In this document: positions 11,370 to 24,469 of the stretch, piece by piece
How positions within the stretch are numbered: position 1 is the stretch's first letter
Layout of the letters: every line of letters begins with the position of its first letter
DNA from: Octopus vulgaris
Lineage: Eukaryota
Reading direction: 5' to 3'
NCBI GenBank assembly: GCA_951406725.2
Contig: OX597822.1
Coordinates: forward strand, 67,890,001 to 67,954,000
DNA length: 64,000 bases
Program-made: the position numbers and the translations under genes
Notes under the pieces: generated by a model
Databases searched by the model: none
The model's input: only the letters and a program-made list of their open reading frames with translations
Told to the model about the DNA's origin: nothing

Positions 11370-12632
11370 TACTAAAAAATTATAGAGGTTAACTTTTTTC
11401 AAGAAACCACAACGTGGGGCTCAATCTATTGAGCGATTAGATTAAAGTATTAATTTGAAAGAGACAAGTTCCAAGAGCAGTAATGCTCCTCATCATACGG
11501 TGCTCCAGCATGGCCACAGCCACATGATTGAAACAAGTAAAAGAGTAAAGAGTAAAGAGTCAACACAGCTTGTTCCATTAAAGCGAGTCTTGGAGCAGAG
11601 TTCATGTTCCACGATAAAATAGATATTACAGGGAGTTTTCATATGTGATGTAATACTGTTTTACTGTGTCTTCGCCATTAACGCATTTGTAAAAAAAACA
11701 ACTAACGAGTAAGAGATCGGTTCTGAATTATTGAATGAAGTTTTACTGGATTACAAAGATAACCAATAATGGTGTAATGTGATATATTTTTATAACAAGC
11801 CGTATGTTTCAGTATTTTGATAACGAATATGTGTTGAGAACTCGTGAAATATGCTGACAACAGAAAGTCTATAAACTACATTCTCATCTGTGTTTCGTTT
11901 TCCTTGCTCACATTGGGAAAAACGAGTATTTGTTTATATCTTATGCATTGTCATATAATACCGCATTAATGGATAGCGATTCACTGGATAAATATAGAAT
12001 CATTAAATTTTCCTACGAATGTCATTTCTCTGCAAAGAATTACCGCTTTAAGGAATTTAGATGTAGCAGTATTTCTTCTAGAACAAAATCGCAATAAATA
12101 ACTACAAAACAAACTGTTTAGATATGTATGCGCAAATCACAGAAATGTTACAGAGGAGGGTTCAGATAGCTTTCGTGCAATGCCCGTAGGGCAATGGCAT
12201 GAAATATTGAAAAGGTCAAAATTTAAATGCATTAAATTCAAATAACTGTGACAAGAGATAAATCAGTCCCTAAATCTTGAGCATCAACAGTTTTAATTCT
12301 ATACAGCATCGTTCAGGTATTAATATTATATAGTAGTAAAAGTATAATCTAAATTAACCACATTGAAAGGCAACGAACTGGAGGGGACGTTAGGGTTTCG
12401 GCCCTGTAATGATGTTTCTCGTAGCTCTTCTCTCCAAGATCAATTTGAATTGAAGGTTTAACTTTATCTTTTTGGCGCTAATAAAATTATGGATCAGCCA
12501 GGGCAGTGAACTAAAGGAACTAGTACATCATCAGTATCTGTTATAGCTCTGTGCGTTCTAAGTTCGAAAGGGCGTCAGTTAAAATCTCTTAGTGTAATAG
12601 TACAGTAATAGTACACCTCTTATATTGTATTA

Positions 12633-12850
12633 AGGTGGTAAAATGGCAGAATCGTTAGCATAGCGGGTAAAAAGATTAAAGCCATTTCATCTGTCCCTAA
12701 GTTCTGAATTCAAATTCTACAGAGGTCGACTTTGCCTTTCATCTTTCAGTGGTCGATAGATTAAAGTACCAGTTGAGCACTGGGGTCGATATAATCGACT
12801 TAACCTTTCACCCGAAATGGCTGTCCTTGTGCCAAAATTTAAAACCAATA
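12633..12850 (+). mobile_element. tRNA-derived SINE family B (Nin/Deu-type domain), old copy
   Basis: GAGGTCGACTTTGCCTTTCATC..GGTCGATA..AAGTACCAG..CACTGGGGTCGAT, behind a GAATTCAAATTC B-box. Confidence 0.75.
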
Positions 12851-13127
12851 TTACAGCGAACCGAAGAGCTCAGGGTTTGGGGTCTGTGGTTACTTCTTCC
12901 GTTTCTCTTCCATTTAATTTCAAATTACGCGTTGGTCAACTTCGTCTTCCATCTTTTCTTGGCGCTATTAAATTCATGAACCAGCCAGGGCAGTGAAGTA
13001 ACGGAATTAGTAGAGTTTCAGTATCTTTAATAGCACTGTGCATTCTAAATTCAAGATCTTGTTTATTCAAATCTTTTGGTATAATAGTAAATGGTAAAGG
13101 TAATATTATTTTCTCGAGTCATACCAA

Positions 13128-13308
13128 ATCATAAGGGCCGGTTTGCCGATTTCAGAGGCGTAGAAATTCCCAACCTGGACGGGACGCCGGTCCGTCGCAG
13201 GATTACTCATTTTCCCTAGCTGAATGGACTGGAGCAAGGTGAAATGAAGTGTTTTGCTCAAGAACACAACGTGTCACCCGGTCCAGGAATCGAAACCACA
13301 ATCTTACG
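13128..13308 (-). mobile_element. SINE family C fragment (V-domain-like)
   Basis: The minus strand has GTTTCGATTCC, GTGTTCTTGAGCAA, GCTCCAGTCCATTCAGCT and CTGCGACGGACCGGCGTCCCGTCCAGG. Confidence 0.7.
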
Positions 13309-13314
13309 GTCATA

Positions 13315-13496
13315 GGCATGGGAGTGGCTGTGTGGTAAGTAGCTTGCTTACCAACCACATGGTTCTGGGTTCAGTCCCACTGCGTGTCACCTTGGGCAGG
13401 TGTCTTCTACTATAACCTCGGGCAGAAAAAAAGCCTTGTGAGTGGATTTGGTAGACGGAAAACTGAAAGAAGCCCGTCCTATATATATATGTGTGC

Positions 13497-13568
<72 letters not shown>

Positions 13569-13662
13569 CTGTGTGTGTGTGTCTGTATTTGTCCCGCCAA
13601 CATTGCCTGACAACCGATGCTGAGGTATTTACGTCCCCGTAACTCAGTGGTTCGGCAAAAGA
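13315..13662 (+). mobile_element. SINE family A, 3' part replaced by (GAC/GAT/GAG)n
   Basis: Family A head and body with internal (TA)(TG)n, followed by a trinucleotide array at 13662-13840. Confidence 0.87.
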
Positions 13663-14129
13663 GACGACGACGACGACGACGATGATGATGGTGATAATGA
13701 TGACGACGATGATGATGATGATGATGATGATGACGACGATGATGATGATGAGGATGAGGATGATGACGATGATGATGACGATGATGATGGTTGATGATGA
13801 TGATGATGAGGAGGAGGAGGAGGAGGAGGAGGAGGAGGATAATGATACACATACTTCAAAAACCACGTTTGCTTAAACTCTACAGTAAGGACGATGCAAT
13901 TAAATCAATTTTATTGCGCAATTGTAAATCATAGAAAGAATCACGAAGCAAGCCTGTTACACAATCACTTCTATTACAAGCCATACAGCTTGATTGATGT
14001 CAGTAGATAACAAGGCGATATTTATTTCTGCTTTTTTTATTGTTGGTCAAGAACTGATGATATTATGACTCAAACAAAAGTTGGACTCATCGTTCTAAAT
14101 TAATAACTCACTCCGTAATTATGCAGTGA

Positions 14130-14984
14130 TGCCATAGTAACGAAGCTAAAGCAAGCCGAGTAAAGCTGCTTGGTACAGATTGACATTAGTCTCTGCTGTA
14201 CATGCGATCTAAGTTTTAACGTTCTAGCTCATTTCCGCTGTTTACAGTAGTGCTTTGAAGGAAGGTGTGTAGCGTGTGATCGTCGCATTGCCAATGACAG
14301 AGGTAGTTGAGCAAAGAATCTGCATCAAATTTTGCCAAAAGCTTGGCGATACCTGATCAGAGACCTACGCAAATGTTTTCATCGTTTCCGACACAATCAA
14401 GAAGATTTTGTGCAACTGAAACCCGAGGGTCTTTTTAGTCAGCTAAAAGAAGTTTTGGCACAAACTTGGTAGACACGCGTCTCAAACCCAAATCTTCAGT
14501 GATAATGGATTGAACTGAACGTAGCTAAACTGGACACCCTCTGATAACTCACGGATAGTGATTCGACGATGTCTTCCCACAGCTGCACGCACATCTGCGA
14601 TGTTTTCTCAGTTCTGCTGGTTGCGGGTCTCCCAGAACGTTCGTCACTATCGATAGTTGTCTGCCATCTTGGAAACGTCTGAAACGCTCGTACACTTGTG
14701 AGCGGCTCGTACACTACTCTCTAGACACTTTCTGCAACTTTTCGTAGGCCTCTGAGCAGGTGTCACCGTGTCAACTTTCTCTCTCATGGTCAATGAAACG
14801 ATCACACGCTACACACCTTCCTTCCAAACACTGCTGTAAACAGTGGAAGTGAGCTAGAACGTTAAAACTTAGAGCGCATGCACAGTAGAGCAGAGTTAAA
14901 GATCTTTGCCCAGCGGCTTTACTCTGCATGCTTTAACTTCGTTACTATAGCAACAGGCCAGATACTTATTGATCAGCCCTCGTA
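14130..14984. mobile_element. Fold-back mariner derivative made of two inverted 5' ends
   Basis: Inverted arms of about 150 bp (14130-14283 and 14798-14952). Plus-strand MTEVVEQRICIKFCQKLG; minus-strand DERSGRPATS and ITEDLGLRRVSTKFVPKLL. Right TIR TACGAGGGCTGATCAATAAGT ends at 14984. Confidence 0.82.
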
Positions 14985-15564
14985 TGTGAACACTATTACT
15001 GGCTGCAACTGAATTGGTGAACTAAGATAGAAACAGCGGTGATAACGAGGATCCGCCGACGTTGATATTTCGGTCAATGCTCAAACGTCGTATTATTGAG
15101 TCAGCGTGCATGAACGATGTAGATATCGGAGTATTTTTATCCTTTTTTTTATACCTGTATCAGTAATTGGGTAGCAGTCATGCTGTGATACCACCTTGAA
15201 GGGCTAGAGTCGAACAAGTCGACCCCAGTATGTATTTTAAAATTTTATACTTATTGCATCGATCTCTTTTTGTAGTATCGCTGTGGTACGAGGACGTAAG
15301 TAAACCAACAACGATTGTCAAGAGGTGGTGGGGAGAAGGACACACACACACACATATATTATTTATTTAAAGTTCAAAATACATATATTAATGCGCTACA
15401 AATAGTTTCATATGTTGAGAAAACTCCAACATACTCTTAAGGCGCAAACCACATATCATAACGAACTAAAGAAATTGAATAATAAAAGAAACGAGGAAAA
15501 ACTGAGAAGGCAGATGGAGTACACTTTTGTTGAATTTTCTATCATGATCAGTACATTACACATA

Positions 15565-15660
<96 letters not shown>

Positions 15661-16204
15661 ATTATATATACATACATACGTACATACGACAGGTTTCCTC
15701 ACAGTTTCCGACCACTAAATTCACTCACTAGACATTGGTCAGCCCAGAGCAATAATCAAAGTCACCTATGAAGTTGCCGCCCGCACTCTGGAAGTGAACC
15801 CGAATTCCCTTGGCTAGACGACAAGGTTCATAACTACTCATCAATCTTTGCACCTAAAATTATACCATGTTTCATTTTAAAAGCGTTCAAACGCGTCTTG
15901 AACACAACACGGTTTTTTACCCGATTCACATAACACTCGACGAAGCAAGTGACGAAGACTTCTCGTGGTCGCTCGATATGCTAGAAACAGCAGTCAAATC
16001 TCAAAATCATACACCAGCATCTTAGATACCCATGTGAAACACGATAGGCGGGAATGGTCTCAGCAGGAACATCGAACCTAGAAATATGTAAAGTCAAACC
16101 TTTATGTAAAGGTTTATGTAAACATTTATGTAAAGTCAAACCAAAGATAAATGGGCGCACAATTTTTTTTCGCCTGTTTACCGCATTTGTATTGCTCCTG
16201 ATGT

Positions 16205-16400
16205 GAAGGTACATGGCCTAGACGTTAGGGTATCCAGTTCACGATCGTAAAGTCGTGAGTTCGATTCCCGGCGACGCGCTGTCACACTGAATCTCCCTAA
16301 AAACTATGTTATGGATACACGTGTCTGTGGAGTGCTCAGCCACTTGCAAGTTAATTTCAGGAACAGGCTATTCCGTTGATCGGATCAACTGGAATTACTC
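16205..16400 (+). mobile_element. SINE family C-related, internally deleted
   Basis: tRNA-like head (GTTAGGG..GAGTTCGATTCC); 3' part homologous to 36910-37020. Confidence 0.6.
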
Positions 16401-16597
16401 CTAATATTGTGATACTAAGAATACCTGTTAAACCATCATCAAATCATACCCCACTGTCTTAGATATCATTTAGATATCAACTTATCAGAAGCTATGGTCA
16501 CAGCAGGGAAGTCCTAACCATGGGTCTCATTGACCTGGACTGATGTGGGTGTATGAACAATATCTGTTAAATGTCCATCAAATCATATTCTACTATA

Positions 16598-16943
16598 GGC
16601 GTAGGAGTGACTATGTGGTAAGTAGCTTGCTTACCAACCACATGGTCCCGGGTTCAGTCCCACTGCGTGACACTTTGGGCAAGTGTTTTCTGCTGTAGCC
16701 TCGAGCCGACCAAAGCCTTGAGAGTGGATTTGGTAGACGGAAACTAAAGAAGCCTGTCGTGTCTACCCAACATCGCTTGATGTGGTGTGTTTACGTCCCC
16801 GTAACTTAGCGGTTCGGCAAGAGACCTATGGAATAAGTACTAGGCTTACAAAGAATAAGTCCTAGACTCGATTTGCTCGACTAAAGGCGGTGCTCCAGCA
16901 TGGTCACAGTCAAATGACTGAAACAAGTAAAAGAGTAAAAGAG
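16598..16943 (+). mobile_element. SINE family A lacking the internal microsatellite
   Basis: Full head and tail (GTAAAAGAGTAAAAGAGT); GAAGCCTGTCGT joins directly to CCAACATCGCTTGA. Confidence 0.88.
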
Positions 16944-17540
16944 TGTCTTAGATACCATATTTAGTCCAATAGAAGGGAAGGTCATAGCAGGAAAGTCTTG
17001 ATCCTAGGCCCCCCATTGATTAGGACTAGTATGGGTGTAATCTACTAAAATAGCTACAATACTATTCTATTATTAAAAAGCCTCAAATAACTTTAGAAAA
17101 TATATGAACGTCACAATACTTCATATTTCGTCCTTTTGTTTTCTAAATATAAAGGTTCTGCGTTAAGACAAAACAAGCCAAACTCGATTAATCGCCAGTC
17201 GATTTTACATTAAATATAAATTAAATTCTTTCTAAAAACCTCCAGACTGAAAGAAAATGGTCAACAATTGTCTGTCACTTTATCTTAGAACTTGAGCAGA
17301 ATCATTGAAATAGGATTTCAAAAAAACAAAATGTCTTTAATTGTCAGATACGTCAAATGGAATAATTAGATAAAAACAAAGAATTTCAAAGAACTAATTT
17401 TGGTTCTCAGCGGATCAGACGTTTAAAATATTTCCAAATTTTGCTGCCTTCACGCTTATTCACATTTTCAACTCTCCCTTCCCCTCTCGTCCTCTCTCTC
17501 TCTCTTTCTTTTTCTCCCATTATCTATCTCACTTCTTCTT

Positions 17541-17591
<51 letters not shown>

Positions 17592-18077
17592 ATCAAGTCT
17601 AAGTCTTTCTCACTCTCTCCTCTTAATGTATCGAAAAGCAATTCTGCGCTCAACCGGAAATTAACGATTTTTGTCGACAAACGTCGGTGTCTCGTTTAAT
17701 GAGAAGTAATTCAGTATCTGAAGATGTTTACTCCAGTGGAAACATTTATCCTGAGAAAGTCTTACATCCTTAGAGAGGGATATCAACTTGGAAAACATTT
17801 GTGTGACAGAACAGGTGCACCCTGCGCACGCGCACACACACATACACACGCACACACATGTACATATATACAATCATATCTACATACCGGTTTTCTCAGG
17901 ACTAAGTCATCTTTTCCACTTTGATGTAACAGAATGAAAGCTTTGTATATATATATAAAGCTATGTCTGTAGGTATGTATGCATGTGCATGTATGTATCT
18001 ATCATACATGCACATATATACACACGTACTTATATATATACATACACACATACATTCATACATACATATATAAAGAG

Positions 18078-18085
18078 ATAGATAT

Positions 18086-18133
<48 letters not shown>

Positions 18134-18186
18134 GTAGGTAGGTAGGTAGGTAGGTAGGTAGACAGCAGACAGACAGACAGACAGAC

Positions 18187-18283
<97 letters not shown>
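18078..18283. repeat. Compound (GATA)n/(GACA)n/(GGTA)n microsatellite
   Basis: Seen directly. Confidence 0.96.
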
Positions 18284-18284
<1 letters not shown>

Positions 18285-18380
18285 AGAAACAGAGATACAC
18301 AGATGAGTGTCTCTGTTAGCACGTGTAATGTGACTTACTGGCTAAACTACACACATACATGCACCAAAACACACGCTTGT

Positions 18381-18413
<33 letters not shown>

Positions 18414-18725
18414 CATACAAACATACACACAGATAATGTTTCTGTACCTAAATGCTATATAAATGTCACCTATATAAAACTGATATAGGTACAAATGCAT
18501 GCATATTCATTATACATAATCATTAATTTGCATATTCCCTAGATATTCTCCTTCTATACCTGATCTTTCACTGTATTCTTTTACCCTCCCCTCCTATGAT
18601 CATTATATAGACATATTTACATACATACATACATGCATACATATATATATATATATATACGTACATATATATATATATATGTATGTATGTATATATGTAT
18701 GTATATATGTATATATGTATGTATG

Positions 18726-18761
<36 letters not shown>

Positions 18762-19207
18762 CAAAAGAGGTAATCCCCTTGAGAGCTAAATTATTTAGTT
18801 TTTTGGCTAAATGATGTATCTGTGACTTATACATAGAGAGAGGGGGGAGGAAAAAAGAGGGAAACAGAGAGAAGGAAAGAAAGAAAGAAAAAAGAAAGAA
18901 AGTGTGGTGGGGGGCGAGTGTGTGCGTATGTTTTCAAATTATGCTAATTTATGTTCGTTCGTCTTTCATGTTTTTTAGATTTAGTTTCACTGTTTATGTA
19001 GAATTTACGGATGGTTTTCGAATACAGAAATTCAAATATGTATTAGGTTCAAAATTTTCAAATGCAAATATATTTATTCAAAGGAGTATATAACGATTGG
19101 CATGAATATTTATGCAAAACCACACAGGTGTATTTATATATAATTTGATATATACATACATGTAGATAGATAGATAGATAGATAGAAAGATATATAGATA
19201 TATATAG

Positions 19208-19249
<42 letters not shown>

Positions 19250-19433
19250 AGAGAGAGACAGATACAGACACACAGATAGACAGACAAACGGACAGACAGC
19301 GAGAGAGAAAGAAAGTGGGATAGAGAAAAAGAGGGAGAGAGAAGAGAGAAGAGAGAGAGCGAGAGAAAGAGTTTCATAAATAGACACGAAGTTGAATGCA
19401 TATACAACCATGCATAAATAGCCGATGTATATG

Positions 19434-19482
<49 letters not shown>

Positions 19483-19487
19483 GGGGA

Positions 19488-19720
19488 AGGCGGCGAGCTG
19501 GGCGAAACGTTAGCACGCCGGGCGAAATGTGTAGCCGTATTTCGTCTGTCGTTACGTTCTGAGTTCAAATTCTGCCGAGGTCGACTTTGCCTTTCATCTT
19601 TTCGGGGTCGATAAATTAAGTACCAGTTACGCACTGGGGTCGATGTAATCGACTTAATCCCTCTGTCTGTCCTTGTTTGTCCCCTCTGTGTTTAGCCCCT
19701 TGTGGGTAGTAAAGAAATAT
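19488..19720 (+). mobile_element. Full-length SINE family B, tail type 1
   Basis: GGCGGCGAGCTGG head, GAGTTCAAATTC B-box, Nin/Deu-type domain, tail GTTTGTCCCCTCTGTGTTTAGCCCCTTGTGGGTAGTAAAGAAATA. Inserted in (TA)n. Confidence 0.9.
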
Positions 19721-19737
19721 ATATATATATTACAACT

Positions 19738-19895
19738 GGCTTCTTTCAGTTTCCGTCTGCCAAATCCACTCATAAGGCTTTGGTCGGCTGAAGGCTATAG
19801 TAGAAGACACTTACGCAGGATACCATGCAGTGGGACTGAACCCGGAACCACGTGGTTGGGAAGCAAGCCTCTAACCACCCACCCACACCCACGCC
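19738..19895 (-). mobile_element. SINE family A 5' half
   Basis: Homologous to the family A head. Confidence 0.8.
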
Positions 19896-20030
19896 TATGT
19901 ATATATATTTGTATATTTAATAAGAATTTATAAACAGACATGAAATCGTTTTTTACAGTGGTACACTATATTTAATATCTTACAAATATTGGATTAATAT
20001 TGGGTTTCCCTCGGGTGAAAAAATTCAGAG

Positions 20031-20100
20031 GTTGCTCGTGGGACGCGAACCCACATCTGCTGTAAACATGACAGGTGTTCTACCACCGTACCAACGCAAT
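20031..20100 (-). pseudogene. tRNA-like pseudogene or solitary SINE head
   Basis: Minus strand: TTGCG..GGTACGGTGGTAGAAC (A box), CTGT-CATGTTT-ACAG arm, GTGGG-TTCGCGT-CCCAC T-arm, GAGCAAC, then TTTTTT about 8 nt downstream. The anticodon loop lacks U33 and purine 37. Confidence 0.5.
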
Positions 20101-21945
20101 GCTTCGTATTTCTCCTTCCATATTAGAAGCTTTGTAGTTGTTGTTGTTGCTGTTTTGTTTAACCCCAGAAAGATCAAAGAACTCCAGTAGCAAAGGCATT
20201 CCAATCATATTCATTTCATCTCATTACTACACCAAGACCTGGAGCTACCACACAAGCATTGCTACAATCCACAGAAAGAATTCCTGTATAGTTTCTAATA
20301 GACTTCATTACACAAGACTTCGTGGGGTTGAATCGAAGCTATGGTACAATTTATGTGCGCAATATGCCACGTAGAGTAATCGAACTCGGAACTATATGAT
20401 TAAGAAGCTAACGTCTTAACCAAAACCGTGACTACGTATTTTTATATTGGTGCTTTTGCGTACGAGTGTAATCATCTCTTTTAAAATAATGGCACGTCGA
20501 TTGTTCTAAAACCTATTTGGATATGATATAGGTGCAGATGTCTGGCTTGGCTTTCATCTAGAACTATTAGCTGAAAAGCTATGAATGTGTTTTCTAACAC
20601 AAGTGCTTAAATAATGTCTTTATAGCTTACAGACCTAATTTTTGAATTATTACAATATTCTGCGATATAAATAACCACAACAAATAAAAACATATATTGC
20701 GAAATTGGGGAATATTTCATCGTCAAATGCTGCTGAATGAGAAATAGGCTTCGAGAGGAAATGATTCCAGAATCTCATTTGTTCTTGTTATGGAAGTTCT
20801 TCAATGCTGCCGTTAGGTCTTCTAAGTACATTGCGCAAATACATCCAGTTAATTACAGAATCAAATTGTTCTACAAATAACTCGGCATTGTGAAATTATG
20901 CGTGAAAAGTAAAGAATGAGTTAAGTACAATTACAATCAAAAAAGCTAACCGATTTTTGCCTCATTACTAGACAGTATTGGAAACAAGTTGAGATTAATT
21001 AAAGCAGCTGTACAAAGCAGTATTTTATATATCTATATTTGCAATACATTACGTGAGCTTAAAAAACATACTGCTGCTTTATGTTTTGTTTTTGTTTTTT
21101 GTTTTTTTTTCCTTTCAAGATCATATCCGAAAACGGAACCGTAGTTCATATATATTTGTTTTTGTGCACTAAGAGGAATTTGATAATTAACAATGTCTAA
21201 ATCTGTGCAAAGACCATTGTTCGAATTAGTACACGATGCAAGAGGGGAGTATCGTATGTGTGAATGTGTGTATATGTGTGTATGTTTGAGTGTGTAAGTA
21301 CACCTATGCTGGGGGGGGGGATCTGTCCGTGTCTCCATGTGTGTGTGTGTATGTGTGTGTGTGTGTGCGTGTGTGTTTGAGTGATGCAACTATCTAAAGG
21401 GGGGTGTCTGTCCGTGTTTCCGTGTGTGTGTGTGTATGTGTATGTGTGAGCGTGTGAGTTTCACTTGTTTCAGTCATTATCAGACTGCGGCCATGCTTGG
21501 GTACCACATTGAAGGGTTTAGTCGGACAAGTCGACACTAGTACTTAGTTTTTTTTTTTAACCCTGTTACTTATTCTATCAGTCAGCATTTGCTGAACACC
21601 TAAGCTACGGGGACGTAAACAAACACTGGTTAGCAAGCGGCGGTGGGAAACAATTTTGACGAATTCTTAACGTTTTAACATTATTCACTTTCTCATTTGC
21701 AGTTACTACCAATTACTAGCAAGTGTTAGGTCTAACAGCCCTTGAAAGCAGAGATAATTTCAATAAATCAATACTATAGCTTGTTTGTTATCTAATATAA
21801 TTAGTCTTCATTTTTCAATTACAAGTCTCAAGCCAGTTTGACTTATTTCCCTTAGTTCGCTTTCGTTTTACAGACACACATATCTATAACTATGAGTGTG
21901 TTTGTAGTGTGTGCACATAAGTGTATATAAACATACACATATATA

Positions 21946-22515
21946 TTGGGTTGTCCGGAAAATTCGTGCCGATTTATAGTAGCTTACTTTTCGACTTATT
22001 TTAGAACATGGCTGAGTCCATAAAATAGGATTTGACTATACCTCCATTTAGAACACAGTTTAAGCTATCTTTTCGTGGAAGAAGGTTTATGTTCCTATAA
22101 CCTATGTTAATTCTGTAACCCTTTAAAATGGAAGATAAGAAAGTTCATTTTCGGCACTTGATGCTTTTCTTTTTCCGAAAAGAGAAAAATGCCTCACAAG
22201 CAACCAAAGAAATATGCGCAGTTTACGGTGATATTTCATTATCCGAAAGAACTATACGGAAGTGGTTCGCAAAGTTCCGAGCTGGAGATTGTAGCCTTAT
22301 TAATAAAGAGCGATCAGGCAGACCATCCACTCCAGATGATAACCAAATCAAGTCATTAACTGAGAATAACCCACATTACACAACCCGAGAATTGGCAGAC
22401 AGCCTCAACCTATCAAAATCCGTCGTTCATGAGCACCTGGTAAAGCTTGGGTAATGGCAAGTATTGACATTTTTCTTTCCTTTAAAAATCGGCATGAACT
22501 TTCCGAACAATCCAA
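21946..22515 (+). mobile_element. 570-bp internally deleted mariner with TIRs and TA TSD
   Basis: TIRs TTGGGTTGTCCGGAAAATTCGTGCCGATTT and AAATCGGCATGAACTTTCCGAACAATCCAA, with TA on both sides. Confidence 0.95.
22128..22454 (+). CDS. Truncated mariner transposase (N-terminal double-HTH DNA-binding domain only, 108 aa)
   Basis: Open frame MEDKKVHFRHLMLFFF..RKWFAKFRAGD..ERSGRP..TTRELA..HLVKLG*, stopping just before the WVPHEL motif. Confidence 0.75.
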   Translation: MEDKKVHFRHLMLFFFRKEKNASQATKEICAVYGDISLSERTIRKWFAKFRAGDCSLINKERSGRPSTPDDNQIKSLTENNPHYTTRELADSLNLSKSVVHEHLVKLG

Positions 22516-22527
22516 TAATATCGTATC

Positions 22528-22662
22528 AGGATAATTACCCCACTTGGTTAATTACCCCTTCTCCTATATATTAAGCAGTTTTAAATTATCATCTGTTGTC
22601 CTCGCGGGTAATTGTCCTTGGCGAAGGAATTATTGTCCATGGTGAGTAAATGTCCTAGACTC
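22528..22662. mobile_element. Degenerate MITE-like remnant with subterminal repeats
   Basis: TAATTACCCC twice on the left; GGGTAATTGTCC/TTATTGTCC/AAATGTCCTAGACTC on the right. Confidence 0.35.
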
Positions 22663-22675
22663 ATATGATATATAT

Positions 22676-22769
22676 GCGTGGCACCTTCGGCAAGTGCCTT
22701 CTACTATAGCCACAAACAGACCAAAGCTTTGTTAGTAGATTTAGTAAATGGAAGCTGAAAGAAGCACGT

Positions 22770-22817
<48 letters not shown>

Positions 22818-23080
22818 CGTGCGTGTGTGTATGTGTGTGAGCGCGTGCGTGCGTGTGTGTGTGTGTTTGAGTATGTGTTTGACCACCACCACTGACTGAC
22901 AACCGGTGATGGTGTGCTTGCGTCAACGTAATTTACCGGTCCCGCAAAAGAAATATAGGGTAAGCACCAGGCTTAATAACAAAACCAAAAGAAGTGTAGT
23001 GGGGTCGGTTCGTTCTACAAAGGTTCTTCGAGGCGGTGCCCCAGCATGGCCGCAGGGATATGACTGAAACAAGTAGAAGA
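22676..23080 (+). mobile_element. SINE family A, 5'-truncated
   Basis: Body and tail homology, internal (TG)n. Confidence 0.8.
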
Positions 23081-23172
23081 TAGAAAATTTTTTAAAATAC
23101 ACATGTATGTATGTATGTGTATGCACTTAAGTGCACAGAAATAGACACACGCACACACACATATATACCATA

Positions 23173-23570
23173 CTAGCAGTATCGCCCGGCGTTGCTCGGG
23201 TTTGTAAGGGAAATAACTATATAAGCATTTTTAGAGAGTTATAGCCAAAAAATAGCAAAAAAAGGCATTAAAAATGGAAAAAAAATTATGGTAAATTTTT
23301 TTTAAATCGTTGATTCATCGTAGACATTTTTAGAGAGTTACTTCCCTTATATAATAGCGAAAAAATGCATTAAAATGGAAAGAAATTATGGTAATTTTTT
23401 TTTTTTAATCGTAGACTCATCGTAGACGCGCGCTATTACCCAGAAGGGCTCGATATGAATCACGACTATAAGATACCCGGTTTTGGTTAAACTGCACCGC
23501 AAAATATGGGAGTAGTTAGGAATCTAAATCGTAGGTGACAGACACACAACCTCTCTTTTATATATAAAGA
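23173..23570 (-). mobile_element. Non-autonomous Helitron
   Basis: Minus strand: A|TCTTTATATATAAAAG ... CCCGAGCAACGCCGGG hairpin, CGATACTG, CTAG|T. Inserted between A and T with no TSD. Internal duplication of about 100 bp. Confidence 0.85.
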
Positions 23571-23583
23571 TGTATGTGTGTGT

Positions 23584-23867
23584 CTTCTTTTACTTGCTTC
23601 AGTCATTTGACTGCAGCCATGTTGGAGTACTGCCTTAAAGGATTTTTTAGTCGAAGAAATCAACCCTATGACTTATTCGTTGTTAGCCTAGTACTTATTC
23701 TATTAGACACTTTTGCTGAACCGCTAAGTTACGGGGAGGTAAATACACCAGTATCGGCTGTCAAGCGATGGTGAAAGAGACAAACACAAAGACACATACG
23801 TGTAAATTTATAAATATATATATATATATATATATATAAAGAGAGAGAGAGAGAGAGAGAGATAAAG

Positions 23868-23930
<63 letters not shown>

Positions 23931-24096
23931 CAGATAGATACACGACGGGCTTCTTTCAGTTTCCGTCAACCAAATCTCTCCACAAGGGTTTGGTCGACCC
24001 GAGGCTATAGTAGAAGACACTTGGTGAAGGTACTGCGCAGTGGAGTTGAACCCGGAACCATGTGGTTGGGAGGCAATCTTCTTACTACACTGCGCC
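23584..24096 (-). mobile_element. SINE family A with expanded (TA)(GA)(GATA) microsatellite
   Basis: Head and tail homology. Confidence 0.87.
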
Positions 24097-24132
24097 TATA
24101 TATATATATATATATATGTAGCAATAATAAAT

Positions 24133-24169
<37 letters not shown>

Positions 24170-24469
24170 AACGATCTTTCTGCATGCAATTATCTATTTA
24201 TAGATCTATATTCTTTATCCGTCTTCCCATCTATGGCGGGTATTATCTGCAGCATCAAAATTGACTTGCAGTCTTATTTTTCTAAATTCATTTAGCAAAT
24301 TTGCTTCTTTGCTTTTTTTTTTTTACCTTTTTGTGTTTTTTGGGGGTTATTTTCTGTCACAGACTATCGCTTCTTCCCATGGGTACTAGATCTTTTTTTT
24401 TGTTTTGTTTTTTTAATTATATTTATTTCTTTATTTCCTCGTATATTTTATTAATGGTTAGGTGTGAAT

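Noticed and set aside
17718-17755. CTGAAGA...GAAAC hammerhead-like spacing
   Set aside because: No valid stem II adjacent to the core and no stem I.
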